Below are positions 1-7,978 of a stretch of DNA of 64,000 nt, piece by piece. Source of the stretch: an uncultured Acidobacteriota bacterium (lineage in GTDB: Bacteria > Acidobacteriota > Thermoanaerobaculia > Multivoradales > SZUA-115); the NCBI GenBank assembly GCA_963805975.1, contig CAWDVR010000001.1, positions 640,001 to 704,000 on the forward strand, read 5' to 3'. The notes below the pieces were generated by a model. The model was not told the DNA's origin. It searched no databases and saw only the letters and a list, made by a program, of their open reading frames with translations. Position numbers and translations under genes: made by a program. How positions within the stretch are numbered: the stretch's first letter is position 1; every line of letters starts with the position of its first letter.

Positions 1-717
1 GTTGCGCCTTCCATCACTGGACCTTCGACGGCGCCGGCCGCTGCGCCGCGGCACCGGGCTACGATCCGCCGCCCGATCGCCAGACGACGTCGCTGCCGGT
101 GGCCGAGCGCTTCGGGCTGGTCTGGGTGTGGGCCGGGCCCATCGCCCTCTCGGACCCGCCGGCCTTTCCCGAGGGCGACGCGGAGCGGCGGTACCTGCGG
201 CTGCCGGCGCCGTCCAGACGGCTCGCCTGCCACCCCCACCTGATCATCGCCAACGGCCTCGACACCGCCCATTTCGAGACCCTCCACGGCATGCGCTACA
301 CGCGCCAGCCGGCGGTGGAGCGCGGCGGGCCGCACCCGCTCTCGGTGACGCTCGAGGGCCGGCCCCGCTCGGCGCTGCTCGCCGCGCTCACCGGCACCGG
401 CTCGCGGCCGCTTCGAGCCCGCTTCACCGCGCTGGGGCCGGGGGTGGCGTGGTCGACCGTCGAGTTCGCCCGTCGCCTTCCATACCCTCTACACCGCCCG
501 CCCGCTGCCGGAGGGCGGCGCCCTCACCCGCCTGGTGCTCTTCCTGCCCCGGCGGCCGGGGCTCGCCCTGCCCCGCGCCCTGCTGCTCATGGCGCTGCTC
601 CTGCACCGCGACCGCCAGATCCTCGAACGACTGCGCTTCCACCGCGGTTTCGCCGCCCGCGACCAGGCGCTCGCCCGTTTCGCCGAGCTGGTGGATGGGA
701 TGGAGGTGTTCTCGTGA
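1..717 (+). pseudogene. Rieske [2Fe-2S] non-heme iron oxygenase alpha subunit, 5'-truncated by the window, apparent +1 frameshift at ~465
   Basis: The frame starting at 3 reads CAFHHWTFDGAGRC (second Rieske CxxH half-site), then ERFGLVWVW and NGLDTAHFETLH (mononuclear Fe DxxH-x4-H). Removing one T at 465-466 joins it to ESPVAFHTLY...GMEVFS*, ending at 717 and overlapping the next GTG. Confidence 0.75.
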
Positions 718-2084
718 GCCGCCCCTTCCGGCTCACCCTGGTGCACCCCTGCGTGGGCCGCTATCCGGGCATGAAGCGCTACATCCGCACCTGGAAGATG
801 CAGCCCCTGCCCCCGGCGGTGATCGCGGCGCTGGCGCCCGCCGACGTCGAGAAGCGCTTCTACGACGACCGGCTGGAGGCCATCCCCTTCGACCAGCCCA
901 CCGACCTGGTGGCGCTCTCCGTCGAGACCTACACCGCCCGCCGCGCCTACCAGATCGCCAGCGAGTTCCGCCGCCGGGGCGTGCCGGTGGTGCTGGGCGG
1001 CTTTCACGCCACGCTCTGCCCGGAGGAGGTGGCGCGCTACGGGGACTCGGTGGTGGTGGGCGAGGCGGAGGAGACCTTCCCCGAGGTGATCGACGACTAC
1101 CGCCACGGCCGGCCACGGAAGCTCTACCGCGCCGCGGACCGGCCCCGCCTGGGCCGGGTGCTGCCGGACCGCTCGATCTTCCGCGGCAAGAGCTACCTTC
1201 CCATCGGCCTCGTGGAGTTCTCGCGCGGCTGCCGCTTCAAGTGCGACTTCTGCGCCATCCAGAGCTTCTTCGACGCCAGCCACAGCCACCACCCGATCGA
1301 CCGCGTGCTCGCCGACGTGGCGCGGGCCCGGCGCCGCGGGCAGATGCTGTTCTTCATCGACGACAACATGAGCTCCGACCTCGAGGCCGCCAAGGACCTG
1401 ATGCGCGCCCTCATTCCCTTGAAGCTGCGCTGGGTGAGCCAGTCGGCGATCAACGTGGCCTTCGACGAGGAGGCGCTGGCGCTGCTGGCGGCGAGCGGGT
1501 GCCAGGGCCTGCTTGTGGGTCTCGAGAGCCTGGATGCCGCGAGCCTCAAGGACATGAACAAGGGGTTCAACCTGATGCGGGGCGGCCCCCGCCAGGCGCT
1601 CGCCAACTTCCGGCGCCACGGGCTGCGCATCTACGGAACCTTCATCTTCGGCTACGACGGCGACGGCCCCGAGGCCTTCGACCGGGCGGTGGAGTTCGGG
1701 CGGGAGGAGGGGCTGTTCATCGCCGCCTTCAACCACATCACGCCGTTTCCCGGCACTCCGCTCTACCAGCGCCTGGCCGCGGAAGGGCGGCTGCTCTACG
1801 ACGCCTGGTGGCTCGACTCCCGCTATCGCTACAACATGGTGCCGTTCACTCCACGCCGGATGAGCGCCGAGGAGCTGGCGGACCGCTGCCTCGACGCCCG
1901 GCGACGCTTCTACGCCTGGGGGAGCATCCTCGAGCGGGCGGCCCGGCGGGTGAACCGCCACAGCCCCTTCATGCTCGCCAACTTCCTCGCCATCAACGCC
2001 ATGCACCAGCGCGACGTGGAGGGGCGAAGCGGCCTGCCGCTGGGAGATCCGGGCTTCGCGGGTCCGCTGCTCGAGGCCGGCTGA
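714..2084 (+). CDS. B12-binding domain radical SAM protein
   Basis: GGAGG at 702-706, GTG at 714 overlapping the upstream TGA; CRFKCDFC (CxxxCxxC); N-terminal cobalamin-binding-like segment VVLGGFHAT...VVGEAE; FFIDDN; TPFPGTPLY. Confidence 0.88.
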   Translation: MSRPFRLTLVHPCVGRYPGMKRYIRTWKMQPLPPAVIAALAPADVEKRFYDDRLEAIPFDQPTDLVALSVETYTARRAYQIASEFRRRGVPVVLGGFHATLCPEEVARYGDSVVVGEAEETFPEVIDDYRHGRPRKLYRAADRPRLGRVLPDRSIFRGKSYLPIGLVEFSRGCRFKCDFCAIQSFFDASHSHHPIDRVLADVARARRRGQMLFFIDDNMSSDLEAAKDLMRALIPLKLRWVSQSAINVAFDEEALALLAASGCQGLLVGLESLDAASLKDMNKGFNLMRGGPRQALANFRRHGLRIYGTFIFGYDGDGPEAFDRAVEFGREEGLFIAAFNHITPFPGTPLYQRLAAEGRLLYDAWWLDSRYRYNMVPFTPRRMSAEELADRCLDARRRFYAWGSILERAARRVNRHSPFMLANFLAINAMHQRDVEGRSGLPLGDPGFAGPLLEAG

Positions 2085-2086
2085 CG

Positions 2087-3211
2087 ATGAGCGGAGCTCC
2101 GGCGGCGGCCCGCTTCCACGCCCGCCTCGCGACCGCGGAAGACGAGGCCGGAGCTCGCGCTCTCCTGGCCTCGCAGGCGATGGGCGGCGCGGTGCGGCTG
2201 GCCTTCGCCCGCGAGCCGGAGATCTCGCGTGCGGCCGGCATCGAGGGCGAGCCGCATCACGGCCTGGTGGTGTGCGAGGAGGGGTCGGGTCGGGTGGTGG
2301 GCTACGGCAGCCGGGCGGTGAAGACGGTGTGGGTGAACGGCGAGCGGGCACGGATCGGTTACCTGGCGCAGCTACGCCGGGCGCCGGACGCGGCGGGCAG
2401 GATCGGCCACCTGGCCATGGGCTTTCGGCTCCTGGCCCAAACCCGCCGCGACGGCGAGCTGCCCTTCGACGTCACCACCATCCTGGCCGACAACCGGGAG
2501 GCCCGCCGGCTGCTCGAAAAGGGTTTCGCCCGGCTGCCCGTCTACCGGCCGCTCGGCACGCTGGCGACGACCACGCTGGCGGTGGCCCGGCGGGCGCCCC
2601 GGCCGGGCGGCGCGGCGCGGGCCGCCACCGCCGCCGATCTGGCGGGCATCGCCGCCTGCCTCGAACGCAACGGCCGCCGCTTCCAGCTCGCCTCGGTCTG
2701 GACGGCCCAGGATCTGGCATCGCCCGTCCGCTGCCGGGGCCTCGCCCCGGCTGATTTTCAGATCGTCGAGCATGCGGGCACAGTGGTGGGCTGCGTCGCC
2801 CTTTGGGACCAACGGGCCTTCAAACAGACCCTCATCGCGGGCTATGCGCGGCCCCTGGCGCTCTCGCGTCCGCTCCTGAATCTGGGCTTTTGGGCCAGCG
2901 GCCGGCCTCTCCTGCCCCGGCCCGGTTCCCTGCTGGCGCTCGCCCACCTCTCGCACCTGGCCGTCGACGGCGACGACCCGGAGGTGGCCGCCGCGCTGGT
3001 GGCCGCCGCCCTCGCCGAGGCGGCCCGCCGCGGGCTCTCCTACCTGGCCCTCGCCCTCGGCGAGCGGCACCCGTTGCGCGCGGCCCTCGCGGCCCGATTT
3101 CCCGGTCGCCGGCTGGAGAGCGTGGTCTACCTGGTCTACAGCCACGGCCGAGAAGGGTGCGAGCCCTGCCTCGACGACCGCCCCCTCCACCTCGAGGCCG
3201 CGACCCTATGA
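2087..3211 (+). CDS. Putative GNAT-fold acyltransferase-like protein
   Basis: ATG 2 bp after the radical SAM stop; VVGYGSRAVKTVWVNGERARIGYLAQLR and VVGCVALWDQ resemble tandem GNAT halves. Confidence 0.55.
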   Translation: MSGAPAAARFHARLATAEDEAGARALLASQAMGGAVRLAFAREPEISRAAGIEGEPHHGLVVCEEGSGRVVGYGSRAVKTVWVNGERARIGYLAQLRRAPDAAGRIGHLAMGFRLLAQTRRDGELPFDVTTILADNREARRLLEKGFARLPVYRPLGTLATTTLAVARRAPRPGGAARAATAADLAGIAACLERNGRRFQLASVWTAQDLASPVRCRGLAPADFQIVEHAGTVVGCVALWDQRAFKQTLIAGYARPLALSRPLLNLGFWASGRPLLPRPGSLLALAHLSHLAVDGDDPEVAAALVAAALAEAARRGLSYLALALGERHPLRAALAARFPGRRLESVVYLVYSHGREGCEPCLDDRPLHLEAATL

Positions 3212-3939
3212 AGGGCCGGCTGCTGGCGCGGTCCGAGATCTCGACGGAGCTGGCGGCCGAGATGTTCGGGTTGCTCGAACGGCACTTCGAGGGCGTGGCC
3301 AGGGCCCAGTTCCAGGCCGACCTCGAGGACAAGCACTGGGTGCTGCTGCTCGAGGGCCCGGCGGGCCGGCTCCAGGGCTTTTCCACGCTGAGGCTCGATC
3401 GCGAGGAGGTGGCAGGAGAGCCGGCGACGGTGGTCTATTCCGGGGACACGATCGTCGACCCCGAAGCCTGGGGCTCGTCGGTGCTGGCCCAGGCCTGGAT
3501 CGGTGCGGTGCTCTCGCTGCAGCAGAAACAGGGCGCGGGCCGTCTCTACTGGCTGCTCCTGGCGTCCGGTTTCCGCACCTACCGATTTCTGCCGGTCTTC
3601 TGGCGCGAGTTCTATCCCCGCTTCGACCGGCCCACGCCGGAGAGCCTGCGCGCCGAGGTCGATCGACTGGCGAGGCGGCGTTTCGGCGCCAGCTACGACC
3701 CGGCTGCGGGCGTGGTGCGCTTCCCGCGCCCGCAGCGGTTGCGGGGGGACCTCGCCGAAGTCCCGGCGGCGCGCCGCCACGACCCGCACGTGCGCTTCTT
3801 CGTCGAGGCCAACCCCGGCCACGCGTCGGGCGACGAGCTGGTGTGCTGGGCGGATCTCGATGCCACCAATCTCAGCCGCGCCGGCTGGCGGATGGTGAGG
3901 GCGGGGTCGCCTCTACACGGTGCACCGCCTGGAGGTTGA
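3208..3939 (+). CDS. Hypothetical protein, possibly GNAT-like
   Basis: ATGA overlap with the upstream gene; LQGFST, VVYSGDTIVDPEAWG, YWLLLASGFRTYRFLP. Confidence 0.55.
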   Translation: MKGRLLARSEISTELAAEMFGLLERHFEGVARAQFQADLEDKHWVLLLEGPAGRLQGFSTLRLDREEVAGEPATVVYSGDTIVDPEAWGSSVLAQAWIGAVLSLQQKQGAGRLYWLLLASGFRTYRFLPVFWREFYPRFDRPTPESLRAEVDRLARRRFGASYDPAAGVVRFPRPQRLRGDLAEVPAARRHDPHVRFFVEANPGHASGDELVCWADLDATNLSRAGWRMVRAGSPLHGAPPGG

Positions 3940-3945
3940 TTCGAG

Positions 3946-5472
3946 ATGGGGCGCCTGGGCGCAGCGCTCGCCAACCGCTCGTGGGAGCTCGCCAACGGTG
4001 GCCACGAGCGGGCCTTCCGCGCCGCGCTCGCCGATCCCGCCGCCGCGCAGTGGCGGCTGCTCACCGCCAACCTCCGCGCCAACGCGGGCACCTGGTTCGG
4101 CCGGCGCCATGGCTTCGGGCAGGTCCGCTCGCTGGAACAGTTCCGCCGCCAGGTGCCGATCTCCGCCTACGAGGACTATGAGGAAGCCCTCGGGCGCGTC
4201 CGCCGGGGCGAGCGGGGCGTGCTCACCGCGGAGCCCGTCCTCCGCCTGCAACCGACCAGCGGCTCGACCGCCGGAACGAAGTGGATCGCCTACACGAGGA
4301 GCCTCCGAGGGGAGCTCCACCGCGCCGTGGGAGCCTGGGTCGTCGATCTCTTCCGGCGCCATCCGGCGCTTCGCGACGGTCGCGCCTACTGGTCGATCTC
4401 CCCGGCCACGCCCGCACCCGAAGAGACCTCGGCCGTGCCGCTGGGCTTCGCGGACGACAGCGAGTACCTGGGCGGCGTCGCGGGCTGGCTCGCTCGCCGG
4501 ACCTTCGCCGTGCCCCCGGAGACCGCCAGGCTCCCGGACGTGGACGCGTTCCGCCGCGCCACCCTGTTCCACCTGCTGGCCGCCGCGGACCTGGCGCTGG
4601 TCTCGGTGTGGCATCCGTCCTTCCTCGCGCTGCTCCTCGACGCGTTGCCTCCCGCCTGGGAGTCGCTGCTCCAGAAGCTCGCTGGGCTCCATCCGGCACG
4701 GGCGCGACAGCTCGGCGACCTCGACCCGCGGGCCTGGACGGCGATCTGGCCGCGCCTCGCCGTGGTGAGCTGCTGGGCCGACGCTCAGGCCGCGGCCCCG
4801 GCCGCCGAGCTCGCGGCGCGGCTGCCGGGCGTGACGGTCCAGCCCAAGGGCCTGATGGCCACCGAAGGGGTGCTCTCGATTCCCTTCGCCGGCCGGCGCC
4901 CGGTGGCCGTCACCAGCCATTTTCTCGAGCTTCTCGATGACCAGGATCGCTGCCACGGCGTCGAGGAGGTGGAACCGGGCGGGGAGTACACGCTGGCCCT
5001 CACCACCGGCGGCGGGCTCTACCGCTACCGCCTGGGGGACCGGGTCCGGGTCACCGGCTTTCTCGAGCGGGCTCCCTGCCTCGAGCTCCTGGGCCGCGAC
5101 GATCTGGTTTCGGACCTCGCGGGTGAAAAGCTCTCGGAGGCGTTCGTGGCTCGGGCCCTGGCCGACATCTTCGGTGCCTTCGCCCCGCAGGTCGCCTTCG
5201 CCCAGCTCGCGGCGGAGCAGGGCGCTCCACCGCGCTACAGGCTCCTCCTCGAATGCCGTGCGGATCCGCCCGCCGAGCTCGCCCAGCGGCTCGACCGAGC
5301 TCTCTGTGCCAACCCGCACTATGCCTACTGCCGGCGGTTGGGCCAGCTCGGCGAGATCGAGGTCCGCCGCCTCGCGGCCGGCGCTCACGCTGATTACCTC
5401 GAACGCCACCGCCGGATGGGCCGGCGGCTGGGCGAGATCAAGCCGGCCGCCCTCGAAGGGGTCCCCAGATGA
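3946..5472 (+). CDS. GH3 (auxin-responsive promoter) family acyl-acid amido synthetase
   Basis: PTSGSTAGTKWI, LMATEG, LTTGGGLYRYRLGDRVRV, AGEKLSE: adenylate-forming GH3 motifs. Confidence 0.85.
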   Translation: MGRLGAALANRSWELANGGHERAFRAALADPAAAQWRLLTANLRANAGTWFGRRHGFGQVRSLEQFRRQVPISAYEDYEEALGRVRRGERGVLTAEPVLRLQPTSGSTAGTKWIAYTRSLRGELHRAVGAWVVDLFRRHPALRDGRAYWSISPATPAPEETSAVPLGFADDSEYLGGVAGWLARRTFAVPPETARLPDVDAFRRATLFHLLAAADLALVSVWHPSFLALLLDALPPAWESLLQKLAGLHPARARQLGDLDPRAWTAIWPRLAVVSCWADAQAAAPAAELAARLPGVTVQPKGLMATEGVLSIPFAGRRPVAVTSHFLELLDDQDRCHGVEEVEPGGEYTLALTTGGGLYRYRLGDRVRVTGFLERAPCLELLGRDDLVSDLAGEKLSEAFVARALADIFGAFAPQVAFAQLAAEQGAPPRYRLLLECRADPPAELAQRLDRALCANPHYAYCRRLGQLGEIEVRRLAAGAHADYLERHRRMGRRLGEIKPAALEGVPR

Positions 5473-5491
5473 CCGCGTGGCCCGCCGCGGC

Positions 5492-7108
5492 TCAGTCCTG
5501 GATCGAGCGGTCCTTGGTCTCGCGCAGGAACAGCGTGCCGACCACTACGGTCATCAGCGCGACCGCGATCGGGTACCAGAGGCCGTAGTAGATGTTTCCC
5601 GCTCTCGCCACCATCGCCGTGGCGAGGAGCGGCAGCATGCCCCCGAACCAGCCGTTGCCGATGTGGTAGGGAAGCGACATCGAGGTGTAGCGGATGCGGG
5701 TGGGGAAGAGCTCCACCAGGAAGGCGGCGATCGGGCCGTAGACCATGGTGACGTAGAGCACCATGACCACCAGGACGAGGAGCGCCGGCAGGTAGCGGAT
5801 GCGGGCCTTGTCCGCCGCGGGCGGGTAGCCCGTCGCCTCGAGCGCCTCCTTGTACTTCGCCTCGTCCCAGCCCCGCAGCTCGAGCCCGCCGATCCGCGTC
5901 ACCACCTCCTCGCCGGCCGCTGCCGGCAGCGAGGTGAAGGAGAGGCCGGACTTGGTGAGGAAGTCCTTGGCGCGGTCGCAGGCGGAGAACTCGGTGCCCG
6001 GCAGGACAAAGATGTGGAAGCTGCACTCCGACGCCGCGACACTGACCGGGTGGCTCGCCTGGTACTCCTCGAGCGCCGGGTTCACGAAGTGGGTCAGGCC
6101 CTTGAACAGCGGAATGTAGGTGCAGGCCGCCAGCAGGCAGCCGGCGAGGATGATCTTGAGGCGCCCGATGCGGTCCGAGAGGCGGCCGAAGAAGATGAAG
6201 AACGGCGTGCCGATCAGGAGCGACAGGGCGATCAGCGTGTAGGCGGTGACGTAGTCCGCCTTGAGCGTGATGGTCAGAAAGAAGAGGGCGTAGAACTGCC
6301 CCGTGTACCAGACGACGCCCTGGCCAGCCGTGGCGCCCAGCAGGGCGAGCAGCACGAATTTGTTATTTGGGTAGCGCAGGAAGCTGTCGGTGAGCGGCGA
6401 CTTCGAGCCCTTGCCGCTCGCTTTCATGCGCTGGAAGACCGGCGACTCGTGGAGCTTCAGCCGGATGTAGACCGAGAACGCCAGCAGCACGAGCGAGAGC
6501 AGGAACGGGATGCGCCAGCCCCAGGACTTGAAGGTCTCGGGGCTGATCTGCGAACGGCAGAGGCCGATCACCAGCAGCGAGAGGAAGAAGCCGAGGGTGG
6601 CGGTGGTCTGGATCCAGCTCGTGGCACGGCCGCGCTCGCCATCCGGGGCGTGCTCGGCCACGTAGGTCGCGGCGCCACCGTACTCGCCGCCCAGCGCCAG
6701 GCCCTGGAGCAGCCGCAGGCCGACGAGCAGGACCGGCGCCGCGATGCCGATCGTCGCGTAGGTGGGCAGCAGGCCCACCGCGAAGGTCGAGGCGCCCATC
6801 ACCACGATGGTCAGGAGGAAGGTGTGCTTGCGGCCGACCAGGTCCCCCAGCCGGCCGAAGACCAGGGCGCCGAAGGGCCGCACCAGGAACCCCGCTGCGT
6901 AGGTCGCAAAGGCCGAGAGCAGCGCCGCGGTCTCGTTGCCCGGCGGGAAGAAGAGCGCGGCGAAAAACGGCGCCAGGGTGGCGTAGAGATAGAAGTCGTA
7001 CCACTCGAAGACGGTACCGAGCGAGGAAGCGAAAATGACCCGCCGCTCCTCCCTCTTCGAGACCAGGCCGCCGGCGGGGACGGCAGATGCCACGGGTTCG
7101 ACGCTCAT
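5492..7108 (-). CDS. MFS transporter, MHS metabolite:H+ symporter family
   Basis: GTVFEWYDFYLY, FGRLGDLVGRK, QGLALGGEYGGA, ELFPTRIRYT. Confidence 0.92.
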   Translation of the reverse strand: MSVEPVASAVPAGGLVSKREERRVIFASSLGTVFEWYDFYLYATLAPFFAALFFPPGNETAALLSAFATYAAGFLVRPFGALVFGRLGDLVGRKHTFLLTIVVMGASTFAVGLLPTYATIGIAAPVLLVGLRLLQGLALGGEYGGAATYVAEHAPDGERGRATSWIQTTATLGFFLSLLVIGLCRSQISPETFKSWGWRIPFLLSLVLLAFSVYIRLKLHESPVFQRMKASGKGSKSPLTDSFLRYPNNKFVLLALLGATAGQGVVWYTGQFYALFFLTITLKADYVTAYTLIALSLLIGTPFFIFFGRLSDRIGRLKIILAGCLLAACTYIPLFKGLTHFVNPALEEYQASHPVSVAASECSFHIFVLPGTEFSACDRAKDFLTKSGLSFTSLPAAAGEEVVTRIGGLELRGWDEAKYKEALEATGYPPAADKARIRYLPALLVLVVMVLYVTMVYGPIAAFLVELFPTRIRYTSMSLPYHIGNGWFGGMLPLLATAMVARAGNIYYGLWYPIAVALMTVVVGTLFLRETKDRSIQD

Positions 7109-7207
7109 CCAGTCCCTTCCTCGAGGCGGCCGTGGGTCCGTGGGTTCAACCTGCTGCTGCGTGGAAGCGGCATGCTATCCTTTTGAGGCCAAAATCGAGA
7201 TGCCGCC

Positions 7208-7480
7208 ATGACCAAGACGATCGCCCTCGAAGACCTGGAGCACGAGCTGAGGGGCGTTCTCGACGACATTGCCTCCGATCACACGGCCTACGTCGTGACG
7301 CGTGGTGACCGCCCCGCGGCGGCGCTCGTCTCCTATGGCGAGTTCCGGAAGCTCGCCGAGCTGGAAGAGACGAGAGTGCTCGCCCAGTTCGATGCGCTGA
7401 TGGCCAGGATGGAGCGCCGGAATACCGGCATCTCCGAGGACGAGATCGCGAGCGACGTGGCGGTCGAGACCGCGCGCTGA
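7208..7480 (+). CDS. Phd/YefM family antitoxin
   Basis: 90 aa; AYVVTRGDRPAAALVSYGEF is typical of the Phd N-domain; directly upstream of a PIN gene. Confidence 0.75.
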   Translation: MTKTIALEDLEHELRGVLDDIASDHTAYVVTRGDRPAAALVSYGEFRKLAELEETRVLAQFDALMARMERRNTGISEDEIASDVAVETAR

Positions 7481-7481
7481 C

Positions 7482-7901
7482 GCCGCAGCGGTTGTCGACA
7501 CCAACATCCTGGTCCGCGCGCTCATCAAGCCTCAAGGCACCGTCGGTCCTGTTCTGAGTCGTCTCAGGAACCGCGAGTACGTCGCCCTCTACTCGGCTCA
7601 GATCCTGGAGGAGCTCGTGGACGTACTCAACCGGCCTCGCCTCCGAGCCAAGTACGGCCTGAGACCCGAGGACGCGGCGGCTGTCCTCAAGCTGATCCTG
7701 CTGCGCGGCGCGGAAGTACGGCCGACGCGGCGAATCACTGTCTGCCGAGATCCCAAGGACGACAAGTTTCTCGAGGTGGCTGTCGCCGGGCGTGCCGACG
7801 CCATCGTCAGCGGCGATCTCGATCTCCTGGTGCTGAGCCCGTTCGAAGGGATTCCTATCCTCGAGCCGGCAGAGTTTCTGGCTCGGTTGGCGGAGTCCTG
7901 A
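7482..7901 (+). CDS. PIN-domain (VapC-like) toxin; start codon not identified
   Basis: Open frame reads AAAVVDTNILVRAL...ILEEL...CRDPKDDKFLEVAVAGRADAIVSGDLDLL (PIN acidic residues); no in-frame ATG/GTG/TTG before VVDTN. Confidence 0.75.
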   Translation, partial: AAAVVDTNILVRALIKPQGTVGPVLSRLRNREYVALYSAQILEELVDVLNRPRLRAKYGLRPEDAAAVLKLILLRGAEVRPTRRITVCRDPKDDKFLEVAVAGRADAIVSGDLDLLVLSPFEGIPILEPAEFLARLAES

Positions 7902-7978
7902 AACAGTTGCCCCCCTCTCCTCGTTAGGCAGGGAGGAGCCGGCGTCGGGCCGGCCCATGGACCGACAGGAGACGCCCC

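Noticed and set aside
2-2086. N-terminal ~695 aa of the 1069-aa ORF 2..3211
   Set aside because: Arg/Pro/Gly-rich shadow frame over the Rieske and radical SAM genes; the real gene starts at ATG 2087.
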